Position numbers and translations under genes: made by a program. This document shows, piece by piece, positions 50,525 through 59,085 of a DNA stretch of 64,000 bases. The number at the start of each line of letters is the position of its first letter. Position 1 is the first letter of the stretch. This DNA comes from an uncultured Actinomycetota bacterium (lineage in GTDB: Bacteria > Actinomycetota > Actinomycetes > Streptosporangiales > Streptosporangiaceae), in NCBI GenBank assembly GCA_963820395.1, contig CAWGAE010000010.1, positions 249,759 through 313,758 of the forward strand, written 5' to 3'. The notes under the pieces were generated by a model, which saw nothing but the letters and a program-made list of their open reading frames with translations, searched no databases and was not told the DNA's origin.

Positions 50525-51137
50525 TACGCGTCCTTTTCTAGCGCCGTTAAGCGGGGGGGAATGCGGCCTTTGCCGTGTTACCCCCGCTCGGCTCAGCGAA
50601 ACTTCAGCCTCATGAGGCGGCCCTTCGCTGACAGTCAGTTATCTGTCTGCGGCGACTGCCTGAATCTCCCGGGGCCGCGGGTGATAGTGATCCTCGACTC
50701 GCCGCAGTGTAGGTACCGCGGCACCTAGCTGGCACTGTCAGCGGCGAGTCTCATAGGCATGGGGGTAGTCACCCATCGTAGCGACGGGCGCGAACCTTGT
50801 CCTCGAGGTCGCGGTGGTTCCGCCGCCTGGCCACGGTGGTGCGCAGCGCCGTGCCCGGACGCGAACCGGGGGATTTACCGCAACATTTCCTCCGCACCCG
50901 CCGACGCTGTCCCGCCGTGCGAACGCGCTGGCAGGGGTCGCCGCGGTCCGCGCACCGATCGGTCAGGTGTGACCCAGGTCACCCACGAAGGGGTTGCACA
51001 CACGCGAGAGATACGCAAGGGTCGGACAAATGTTCCCGTAAACGGGACAGAATGCCCGTAAACGGTGGGACCGGCGATGTTGCGAGCACCGCCGGCCCCT
51101 TACGAATTACCACCCTGCATCAGGAGGTTCGAACTCG

Positions 51138-51521
51138 TTGAAGGTCATTGTAGGGGCCACCGCAGTTACTGGTCTAGCCCTGGCAGGACTTATTCCCGCA
51201 GTCCAGGCATCAGCCCACCACCCAGCCCAAACAGCCCACCACCAGGCAGCGGCAGCGCCTGTCCGCGCACAGCTCACCGCATACCGGACCGCCACCGCCG
51301 CCTACCGGTTCTGCATCATCCAGCGCGAGTCCGGCGGCAACCCGCGCGCGGTCAACCCCTCGTCCGGCGCAGGCGGCCTGTTCCAGTTCCTGCCCAGCAC
51401 CTGGGCCAGCCTCGGCTACTCCGGCGCACCGCAGAACGCTAGCGTGGCCACCCAGTACGCAGCATTCGAGAGGCTCTACGCGGAGATGGGAAGAGCCCCG
51501 TGGGCCAGTGACGGCTGCTGA
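51138..51521 (+). CDS. secreted transglycosylase-like domain protein
   Basis: Signal peptide followed by CIIQRESGGNPRAVNPSSGAGGLFQFLPSTWASLGY. TTG start 9 nt after AGGAGG. Confidence 0.8.
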   Translation: MKVIVGATAVTGLALAGLIPAVQASAHHPAQTAHHQAAAAPVRAQLTAYRTATAAYRFCIIQRESGGNPRAVNPSSGAGGLFQFLPSTWASLGYSGAPQNASVATQYAAFERLYAEMGRAPWASDGC

Positions 51522-51636
51522 CCAGACCTGATCGAGACCCCGTCGCCGGGAGTTCGGTGGCGGGGCCTCGTCATCGGCCAGGACACTGTTCCCGGCGGCG
51601 GTGAATCTCTGTGCTCTACTCGCGTTCATTGATCAC

Positions 51637-51757
51637 CTAGTGTCCCGCGCCTAAAATCATTCACATAAATCAGAGATCATCCGCACCGGTGAAGACCTTA
51701 CAATCGGGCGAAGTCCCTGCTAGAAATATTCGGCGAACTTACGGCGTGGGACGCTAG
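51637..51757. mobile_element. 121-bp MITE type A, copy 2, inverted relative to copy 1
   Basis: Reverse complement of 19844..19964 with a few mismatches. Its right CTAG (51754..51757) is also the first 4 nt of the IS630-family element. Confidence 0.75.
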
Positions 51758-53071
51758 TGTCCTGCGCCTGAAATCTTCGCGATATATTTGGCTAAGGAGT
51801 TCAGGATCTCCTCCGCGGTTTTTGTCCAGATGAATGGCCGGGGGTTCTGGTTCCAGGTTTCGATCCAGGCGCGGACGTCTTTTTCCAGGGCCTGGACGCT
51901 CTTGTGGACTCCGCGGCGGATCATTTGGTCGGTCAGGAACCCGAACCACCGCTCCACCTGGTTGATCCACGACGATCCGGTGGGCGTGAAGTGCAGGCGG
52001 AACCGGGGGTGGCGGGCGAGCCAGTCCTGGATCGCGGGGGTCTTGTGGGTGGCGAGGTTGTCGCAGACCAGGTGCACGCCCAGCCCGGCCGGGACGGCCT
52101 TGTCGATCGCGATCAGGAACTTCTTGAACTCCACCGCGCGGTGCTGGCGGTGGATCTGGGAGATCACGGTGCCGTCGGCGATGTTGAAGGCGGCGAACAG
52201 GCTGGTCACGCCGTTCCGGGCGTAGTCGTGGGTGCGCCGTTCGGGCATGCCGGGCATCATCGGCAGCACCGGCTGGGACCGGTCCAGGGCCTGCATGCCT
52301 GATTTCTCGTCGACGCACAGCACGACGGCCTTCTCCGGCGGGTTGTGGTAAAGACCGACGACGTCGACGACCTTCTCGATGAACAGCGGGTCGGTGGACA
52401 GCTTGAACCCGTCGGTCAGGTGCGGCTTGAGTTCGAACTTGCGCCAGATCCGGCCGATCGTCGAGCGTGACAGGCCGCTGCGGCGGGCCATCGAGGCCCG
52501 TGACCAGTGCGTGGCGTCCTTGGGGGTTTCCTCCAGCGTCGCGGCCACGACGTCTTCGACCTGGTCCAGCAGGATCGACGGCGGGCGGCCCGGGCGCGGC
52601 TCGTCGGCTAGCCCGTCCAGCCGGCGGGCGATGAACCGGCGCCGCCACCGGGTCACCGTGCCCGGCGTGATCCGCAGCTCGGCGGCCACCTGCTTGTTCG
52701 GCGTGCCCTGCGCGCAGGCCAGCACGATCTTCGACCGCAGCGCCAGCGCCTGGCAGGTCTTGGCCCGCCGCGACCAGCGCGTGAGCTGATCGCGCTCGTC
52801 ATCGGCCAGCTCCAGCCCGGCTTTCGGCCGCCCCGCCCGTTCGCCGTCGGCCAGCCCTTCCAGCCGCGCCCCGGCAAACCGCGTACGCCACTTGCCCACC
52901 GTCATCTGCGTGACGCCCAGATCGGCGGCCACCCGCTGGTACACCACCCCCGGCTCCGCGCAGGCCAGCACAATCCGGGCCCGCACCGCCAGCCTTCGCG
53001 ACGGCCCACCCGACCAGCGGACCAGCTGGTCACGCTCCTCCTCGGTCAGCACGAACTCAGCAGCGGCACCT

Positions 53072-54109
53072 CTAGATGATCTATTCCAAGGGGTGTGATT
53101 CGGCGTGTCGCGCCGGAAATGGGGTGGAGGGTGCCCAAGATCGACGTTGCTGATCCAACGTCGAACCGGAGGCCCTCGTGGACGCCGACCTGGACACCCT
53201 CGCGACCGCACTCTACGTCAGGACCGATGATCTGCTGAAGATCGAGCCGGGACAGGTGCCGTGGCGCCCGCGAATCGGGATCGCTCCGCGGATCTCGGAC
53301 GCCGAGGTGGTGACCCTGGCAGTGATGCAAGCGCTGCTGGGTTTCACCTCCGAGGCCAGGTGGCTGCGGTTCGCGGCAGCCCACCTGCGGCACTTGTTCC
53401 CCTACCTTCCGCAGCAGCCGGGATATAACAAGCGGCTGCGCCGGCTGGCGGCCACGCTGAACTGGCTGATCGGCGCGCTGGCCCGAGACACCACCTTGTG
53501 GACCGATGACGTGTGGGTGGTCGACTCCACTCCGGTGGAATGCGGGCGGTCCCGGGAGACCGCGCGCCGCTCCGACCTGGCCGGGTGGGCGGAGTACGGG
53601 TACTGCGCATCGCACTCCCGCTATTTCTGGGGGCTGCGGCTGCACCTGCTGTGCACCCTGCACGGGCTCCCCGTCGGCTTCGCACTCACCGGCGCCAAGG
53701 CCGACGAACGCCAGGTGCTGCTCGACATCCTCGCCGGCCAGGCCCCGGCCACCGACCGGCCCGGTCAGCTCATCATCGGGGACAAGAACTACTTCGGCGC
53801 TGAGTTCGAAGCCACCCTGAGCCAGGCAGGCGTGCGCCTGCTGCGGCCGGCCCGCAAAGGCGAGCCAGAACGGCCCGGTGCCCAGTTCTTCAAGCCACTG
53901 CGCCAGATCATCGAATCGATCAACGAGACATTCAAAGGGCAGCTCAACCTCGAACAGCACGGCGGGTACACCCCGGCCGGAGTCCTGGTCCGCGTCATGC
54001 AGCGCATCCTGGCCCTGACAGCCGTCATTTGGCACAACGACCGCGCCTGCCACTCCGTCAAGCGCTCCCTACTCGCTTATGATCACTGACCTTGGAATCG
54101 ATCATCTAG
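53072..54109 (+). mobile_element. IS982-family insertion sequence nested in the IS630 element
   Basis: Ends are CTAGATGATCTATTCCAAGG and CCTTGGAATCGATCATCTAG (19/20 inverted match). CTAG could be the outermost IR or a 4-bp duplication. Confidence 0.8.
53178..54089 (+). CDS. IS982 family transposase
   Basis: 303 aa: [18 protein letters not shown]..., [44 protein letters not shown]. Confidence 0.9.
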   Translation: MDADLDTLATALYVRTDDLLKIEPGQVPWRPRIGIAPRISDAEVVTLAVMQALLGFTSEARWLRFAAAHLRHLFPYLPQQPGYNKRLRRLAATLNWLIGALARDTTLWTDDVWVVDSTPVECGRSRETARRSDLAGWAEYGYCASHSRYFWGLRLHLLCTLHGLPVGFALTGAKADERQVLLDILAGQAPATDRPGQLIIGDKNYFGAEFEATLSQAGVRLLRPARKGEPERPGAQFFKPLRQIIESINETFKGQLNLEQHGGYTPAGVLVRVMQRILALTAVIWHNDRACHSVKRSLLAYDH

Positions 54110-54259
54110 TACGCGACATACAGAAATTATACTAACTTAGAGCGTAGATTTCAGGCGCATGACACTAGCGTCCCGCCCGCGAGACTAATTCCGGCCAGGA
54201 GGGAGTCCGGTCAGCAGCTTGGCCACGCCGACGATCGCGACCTATGGCCCGAGGCGCAG

Positions 54260-54400
54260 GTGGGCAGGCAGGTAAGGGCTGAGGAGCGGGCCACGCTGTT
54301 CGAGCGTGAGCACGCGATCGCGGAGACCCTGCAGCGCAGCCTGCTGCCGGACCGTTTGCCTAACGTGCCGGGGATCGTCCTTACCAGGCGCCAGACGACT
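54260..54400 (+). pseudogene. fragment of another PP2C/SpoIIE phosphatase gene
   Basis: EREHAIAETLQRSLLPDRLPNVPGIVL matches the entry to the PP2C domain, then homology stops. Confidence 0.45.
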
Positions 54401-55003
54401 TGGACAATCTCGCTGCTGACCCCGGCATTTCGCGCCGGGCATCAACCTGGCCCTTGACCCCAGGCTCGTTCCGCTGTGCTACTTCACCGCATTCGTGATC
54501 ACGGTAGGCATCGTCTTCATGATGTGGCGCGTGAGCCGCGGCGACGATGTCAGGTTCAAGCTCAAGGTGCGGGACTGGGTTCGCTGGGAGCTCGCGCTCC
54601 AGCCGAAGGCCCGCAGGCGGCGCTTACCGCGCAGCTGACTCAGTACGAGGACCGCTCACGGCTGCCCCCTTCACCTCCTGGGGGCAGCCCCGGGCGGGAG
54701 ACTCGGCCTCCCTGTGCACTGCCGCCCCTGGCTACCGCGGCGCCTGTACGTGTTGCAGGGCGGCGGCATCTCATCATCGCCGTGTGACGACGCCCTCGCT
54801 CCGGCCGGAATCACTCGCTGACGTGCGTGAACACGGCGCGCATCAGGTGGAAAACACTGAGAGCTGTCCTCCAGGTGAGTCAGGCAGAACTCACCACATC
54901 TGGACTTGATTTCACCATTGTACTGGTATAAAGGCCATGAGAGAATCGGACATCGAGGGCGATACCACGCCCCGCTAGATCCCACTAGTGTCAAGGAGGC
55001 ACA

Positions 55004-55205
55004 ATGACTGACAGTAGGCCCGTGGACGCCTTATTAACTCGGCGCGCGTACTCACCGCGGGAGTGCATGCAGATGCTCGGCATCAGCAGGCACTTCTTCT
55101 ATATCTCTGGTCGAGAGCGGCGAGCTTGAGAGCTTTAAGCTGCACGGTAGGCGCTTCGTCCGCGCCGAGAACCTCGAGCAGCTGCTGGCCGGCGGTGGGA
55201 CGTGA
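55004..55205 (+). pseudogene. excisionase-type (MerR-like) HTH protein with a +1 frameshift as assembled
   Basis: AAGGAGG precedes ATG 55004. It reads MTDSRPVDALLTRRAYSPRECMQMLGISRHFFYIS, then in the next frame VESGELESFKLHGRRFVRAENLEQLLAGGGT*. The length is 3n+1. Confidence 0.55.
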
Positions 55206-55714
55206 TGCCGTCGAAGTTCGAGATCGCCATGTACTGGCACTACGAGGACGTCGAGCTCGCGATGGACCCGGGTGAACCGAGCTGCTTCGCCTGTGGCTAC
55301 TTCCAGGAGTACTGGGATAAACCGTCCACCCCTGAAGCACGGTGGGAGATCGCCGCGCTCCAGAAGTGCCACCTCACCCCGCGTGCCCTTGGTGGATCCG
55401 ACGAAGCGGACAACCTGGTCCTGCTGTGCGCCGACTGCCACCGGGACGCGCCTGACGTCCTGGACCCGCAGTGGATGCTGGCGTGGATGCATGCGCGGCC
55501 GTCATGGTTGGAGCGCTCCATCGGCCAGCTCGCTTCCTTATTGGCGGACTTCGGCGTGACGGTCGAGGTGGCCGCCGCCACGGTGTCCGATCCGGTGTTC
55601 CGCGAATGGGCCGTGAAGAAGGTAGTCCCGCACTTCGGCGAGGGGATCAGCTTGTCCAGCTGGGTCAGCCTCGTAGCCGAGTACGTGACCGCGGAGGTAG
55701 AGGCGGCCTCCTAG
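55202..55714 (+). CDS. HNH endonuclease with an uncharacterised C-terminal domain
   Basis: CFACGY...CHLTPRALGGSDEADNLVLLCADCH. The start (GTG 55202 or ATG 55205) overlaps the stop of the HTH gene. Confidence 0.75.
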   Translation: MMPSKFEIAMYWHYEDVELAMDPGEPSCFACGYFQEYWDKPSTPEARWEIAALQKCHLTPRALGGSDEADNLVLLCADCHRDAPDVLDPQWMLAWMHARPSWLERSIGQLASLLADFGVTVEVAAATVSDPVFREWAVKKVVPHFGEGISLSSWVSLVAEYVTAEVEAAS

Positions 55715-55726
55715 GGCGCAAAAGAA

Positions 55727-55762
55727 ACCCCACCACAGCGGAGCCTGACCGCCGGGTGGGGT
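55727..55762 (+). terminator. possible terminator hairpin after the HNH gene
   Basis: ACCCCACC-(19 nt)-GGGTGGGGT followed by CTTCT. The loop is large and the U-tract weak. Confidence 0.35.
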
Positions 55763-55944
55763 CTTCTATGCCCCGACCACGGGCTACCGGCGTCCAGGTG
55801 TGCGACGATGGTTCATGGGTGCGCCCGGCTTCCGCGGCCCGCGAGTTGATCTTCTACACATTGGTCCCAGGTTTGGTCCTCTGAGACAGTGTCTTCCCAG
55901 GTCAGGGTCTTCCAGCAAAGTTACCGCGCTCATCAATGGGTAGC

Positions 55945-56796
55945 TCAGGAGTCGAGGCTGAGCACCAAAGTCGGGGGCTCGATCACATGATCCGCGCGCA
56001 GCGGACGCACCGCCGTGCCGATCGCGAAGAACTCTGTGGTGTGCGCGCCCCACTGGTGGCTGTGCTGGCGTAGCTGCACGCCCACGATGCCCTCCGCGTG
56101 CAGCGCCTCCGCCTCCGCCTGCATCCGGCTCATCGCCAGCTCGCGCGCGTCGTACAGGGCCTGGGTGAACTGCTCAATCTCCACGTTTCGCCCGATGTTG
56201 CTGAGGACGCCGCCTAGGCGCTGGTGCGCGATGTGGTAGACGCACGAGCCCATCACCATGCCGAGCGGCGCGTACCCGGCACGGATCAGCGTCCAGAAGT
56301 CCTGGCCGGACAGGTCGGACGTGAAGGGCTGATTCTTGTTATTCCGCCAGTTGGAGACCCCGCTGCCAGCGCTGCCGCCCGCGCCCGGCTCGGCCTTGAC
56401 AGCGGTCCCGACGGCGATGAACTCGGCGATGTCGTTGCCGAACTCCTTCATCTCCACATCCAGCCGGACACCCACGATGCCGTCGGCGCCGAGCGCATCG
56501 GCCTCGGCCTCCATCCGTGTCATCGCGAGCTCGCGAGCGTGGTACATGGCCTGAGACAGGACGTTGAGCTCCTGGTTCTTACCCCACCGGCCAACCTGCA
56601 AGCCGACGTGGTAGATCGAGCTGCCGAGCACCAGGCCGAGGGGCCGGAAACCAGCCTCACGCACCAGCAGGAACTCGTTGACCGACAGGTCGGAGGTGAA
56701 GATGGCACCGGGCTTGCCCGGCTGAAGCTCGGCGAGGCGGCGCATCGCGTCCTGCGGGACGCCCTGCGCGGCCAGGCCCGCCTGTTGCTCCGTCAT
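55945..56796 (-). CDS. tandem-domain YbjQ/UPF0145 (DUF74) family protein
   Basis: There are two repeats of the pattern FTSDLS..EF.L......PLG.V.G......H......; for example IFTSDLSVNEFLLVREAGFRPLGLVLGSSIYHVG and PFTSDLSGQDFWTLIRAGYAPLGMVMGSCVYHIA. The start is chosen at ATG 56796, preceded by GAGGGAG. Confidence 0.7.
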   Translation of the reverse strand: MTEQQAGLAAQGVPQDAMRRLAELQPGKPGAIFTSDLSVNEFLLVREAGFRPLGLVLGSSIYHVGLQVGRWGKNQELNVLSQAMYHARELAMTRMEAEADALGADGIVGVRLDVEMKEFGNDIAEFIAVGTAVKAEPGAGGSAGSGVSNWRNNKNQPFTSDLSGQDFWTLIRAGYAPLGMVMGSCVYHIAHQRLGGVLSNIGRNVEIEQFTQALYDARELAMSRMQAEAEALHAEGIVGVQLRQHSHQWGAHTTEFFAIGTAVRPLRADHVIEPPTLVLSLDS

Positions 56797-56826
56797 CGCG
56801 TCTCCCTCGGCTACGTACTCAGTGTG

Positions 56827-56924
56827 TGTCCTGCCTGACCGGCGTGTCCTGCCTGACCGGCGTGTCCTGCCTGACCGGCGTGTCCTGCCTGACCGGCGTG
56901 TCCTGCCTGACCGGCGTGTCCTGC
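56827..56924. repeat. 18-bp tandem repeat, 5.4 copies, between the two YbjQ-like genes
   Basis: TGTCCTGCCTGACCGGCG repeated perfectly, starting at 56827, 56845, 56863, 56881 and 56899, plus a partial copy. Confidence 0.92.
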
Positions 56925-56988
56925 GATTCAGGTTTTCCCGCATGTCGTGCGCCCTAGATGTATTCAGCGGGAAGCACGGAAAGCGCGG

Positions 56989-57921
56989 TCAGCGCCCGAG
57001 CCTGACGCGAGCCGCCTGTCGCCTTTGCGGGTCCAGTGACAGGATGGCGAGGCTCGGGGGCGGCAACTGCGCGGTGCGGTCAAAACGGGTGATCGCGGTA
57101 CCCACGAAGGTCGCCTCCGCGATGTGGTCCCGGCGGCCTTCTTGGGCGGGGCACTCCCGCTCACGCATCTGCAACTCCATGCGCGACGTCACTACCGCGT
57201 CCGCCCCGTGGGCACGGGCGTCCCGCTCGAGCTGGACCCGCGCGTCGTGCCTGGCCGCGTTCACCAGTTCGGTGAATCCGGTGATCTCGGTGTTGCCCGC
57301 ACCCCACCTGGTCTGCCCCATGGTCTGCCAGTCGTCGTGCCGAGAGCCGATGGAGATGCCGAGAACCAGCCCGGCAGGTACCCAGCCGGTAATGATCAGC
57401 TTGGCAAAGTCCTGGCCGGACAGGTGAGAGGTGAACGGGCTCTTCGGGTATACGGCGCCCGGCGCCCGGACTGCGGTCCCGAGCGCCTTGAACTCGAGGC
57501 CGCCGGCCGGGAATGGCCCGATGTCCAGGGAGACGCCGACCACACCGTGACCGCCCAGCGCCGCGCACTCGGCGCTCATCCGGCCGATCGCCTTCCGCCG
57601 CGCCTCGTACATTGTCTGAACCAGCGGCCCGAACGACGCCCAGCCGCCGCGTCCGGACACCTGAGTTGTGGACTGCACCGGCATCACGCCCCCCCAGAAG
57701 GCACCACCGGCCCACGCACCAGGGCAGGAGTACCCCCCGGAATAGCCGACGTTGTAGACGGCGGCGCCAAGTACCTGGCCCGCAGGCTCGAAACCCGCCG
57801 AGCGGATCGCGGCGAACTCTGCCGTGGATAGCGCGGACCCCCACGTGCCGCTGCTCCGGATCTCAGCGATCCTTGCCTGCGCGGCGGGCGGCAGCCCTTG
57901 GCCGGGCTGGTAGCCGGTCAT
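56989..57921 (-). CDS. second tandem-domain YbjQ/DUF74-like protein (divergent paralogue)
   Basis: LSTAEFAAIRSAGFEPAGQVLGAAVYNVG and PFTSHLSGQDFAKLIITGWVPAGLVLGISIG. The start is at ATG 57921, preceded by GGAGAGGGG. Confidence 0.65.
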   Translation of the reverse strand: MTGYQPGQGLPPAAQARIAEIRSSGTWGSALSTAEFAAIRSAGFEPAGQVLGAAVYNVGYSGGYSCPGAWAGGAFWGGVMPVQSTTQVSGRGGWASFGPLVQTMYEARRKAIGRMSAECAALGGHGVVGVSLDIGPFPAGGLEFKALGTAVRAPGAVYPKSPFTSHLSGQDFAKLIITGWVPAGLVLGISIGSRHDDWQTMGQTRWGAGNTEITGFTELVNAARHDARVQLERDARAHGADAVVTSRMELQMRERECPAQEGRRDHIAEATFVGTAITRFDRTAQLPPPSLAILSLDPQRRQAARVRLGR

Positions 57922-58042
57922 GCGCAACCCCTCTCCGCAGACGCCCACACATTACCGGCTGGGCGGGGGCGGAGAGTACCAGCCAAGCCGGGTACCGCAG
58001 GCCCCAAACCGCGCGCGCGGCTAGAACATCCGCGCGCCCACG

Positions 58043-58216
58043 TCAATCGCGATCCTGCGCATCCCATTCCTCGTTACGGCGGCGGGCGATGTCGAGGGCG
58101 TGCTCAGCCTCTTCCTTGCTGGCGTAAGGCCCCAGCCGGTCCTTGGCCGGGCAGCCGGCTTCCGGCTCCACGGTCTTGTCCTTGATGCAGTACCACCAGC
58201 GCTGCGATTCGTCCAT
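58043..58216 (-). CDS. small conserved actinobacterial protein (57 aa), function unknown
   Basis: [52 protein letters not shown]. The start is moved to ATG 58216. Confidence 0.55.
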   Translation of the reverse strand: MDESQRWWYCIKDKTVEPEAGCPAKDRLGPYASKEEAEHALDIARRRNEEWDAQDRD

Positions 58217-58236
58217 GTCAACTAGACTCGCAGCAT

Positions 58237-59085
58237 ATGACGACCATACTCCAGCCGGGCCGGGTATCACCGCTGCGCGAGGTCCCGGAAAGCATCCCGC
58301 GGCCGGAGTACGTTGGCAGAAAGCGGCCGCGGACTGGGGAACCCGACGTCAAGTCTGCCGAGGTCATCGAGCGCATGCGGGTCGCGGGCCGGATCGCCGC
58401 CCTCGCGCTCGAGGAGGTCGGACGCGCCGTCGCACCGGGCGTGACCACAGATGAACTCGACCGGATCGGGCACGAGTTCCTGTGCGATCACGGGGCCTAC
58501 CCGAGCACGCTTGGTTACCGGGGATACCCGAAGTCGCTTTGCACGTCGATCAACGAAGTGATCTGCCACGGCATACCCGACGACACGGTGATCAACGACG
58601 GCGACATCGTCAACGTGGACATCACCGCCTTCATCGGCGGCGTGCATGGGGATACCAATGCGACGTTCCCGGCGGGCGACGTTAGCGACGAGTCGCGCCT
58701 GCTTGTGGAGCGCACCAGGGAAGCGATGTACCGCGGCATCCGCGCGGTGGCGCCGGGCCGGCCGCTGAACGCCATCGGCCGGGTTATCGAGTCTTATGCC
58801 CGCCGTTTCGGCTACGGCGTGGTCAGGGACTTCACCGGGCACGGCATCGGCACCACATTCCACTCCGGGCTGGTCGTGCCGCATTTCGACGATCCGTCCG
58901 AACCGCTGATCATGGAGGCGGGGATGACGTTCACGATCGAGCCGATGCTCACCCTTGGCAAGATCGAATACGACATCTGGCCGGATGGCTGGACAGCCGT
59001 CACCAAGGACCGCAAGCGCACGGCTCAATTCGAGCACACCATCCTGGTGAGCGACTTGGGCCACGAGATCCTCACCCTGCCGTAG
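58237..59085 (+). CDS. map: type I methionine aminopeptidase
   Basis: [22 protein letters not shown] and FTIEPML are the metal-ligand motifs. Confidence 0.92.
   Translation: MTTILQPGRVSPLREVPESIPRPEYVGRKRPRTGEPDVKSAEVIERMRVAGRIAALALEEVGRAVAPGVTTDELDRIGHEFLCDHGAYPSTLGYRGYPKSLCTSINEVICHGIPDDTVINDGDIVNVDITAFIGGVHGDTNATFPAGDVSDESRLLVERTREAMYRGIRAVAPGRPLNAIGRVIESYARRFGYGVVRDFTGHGIGTTFHSGLVVPHFDDPSEPLIMEAGMTFTIEPMLTLGKIEYDIWPDGWTAVTKDRKRTAQFEHTILVSDLGHEILTLP

Larger units (their letters stand above)
51754..54119 (-). pseudogene. IS630 family transposase interrupted after codon 3-4 by IS982
   Basis: ATG 54119..54117 encodes MSR(T). Beyond the IS982 element the frame continues as [20 protein letters not shown]...DDE body...ISGAGH*. 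Keeping one CTAG restores ATG TCG CGT ACT AGA GGT in frame. Confidence 0.8.
51754..54168 (-). mobile_element. IS630-family insertion sequence (about 1.38 kb without the nested IS982)
   Basis: Terminal inverted repeats CTAGTGTCCTGCGCCTGAAATCTTCGC and GCGTAGATTTCAGGCGCATGACACTAG (about 25/27 match). The transposase stop codon lies within the IR. Confidence 0.8.

Noticed and set aside
51121-51140. GGTTCGAACTC resembles a tRNA T-arm and could have been an integration target.
   Set aside because: It is the spacer between AGGAGG and the TTG start of the transglycosylase-like gene. No acceptor stem or anticodon arm can be drawn around it. I found no tRNA-like cloverleaf anywhere in the window.
19844-51757. 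The two inverted MITE-A copies (19.8 kb and 51.6 kb) might bracket a 31.8-kb inversion.
   Set aside because: Removing the MITEs at 19844..20081 restores a continuous ORF locally, so that site is a simple insertion. glnE, glnA2, nadE and panB also lie in the expected order and orientation relative to glnA.
54420-54638. The plus-strand reading AGINLALDPRLVPLCYFTAFVITVGIVFMMWRVSRGDDVRFKLKVRDWVRWELALQPKARRRRLPRS* looks like the C-terminus of a membrane protein.
   Set aside because: A stop lies immediately upstream, and the only ATG would give a 39-aa peptide. It is probably another truncated remnant next to the PP2C fragment. There is too little evidence for a feature.
13393-56924. The tandem repeat arrays (13393-13515, 36816-36944, 56827-56924, 30880-30919) were considered as possible CRISPR arrays.
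   Set aside because: The units are contiguous with no spacers. Two arrays are in-frame inside genes. No cas genes are present.
56797-56943. An alternative start at 56943 would give the YbjQ-like protein an (RRSGRT)x5 N-terminal extension.
   Set aside because: There is no ribosome-binding site before 56943, whereas GAGGGAG precedes the ATG at 56796. It is kept as an open question in the findings rather than as the annotated start.
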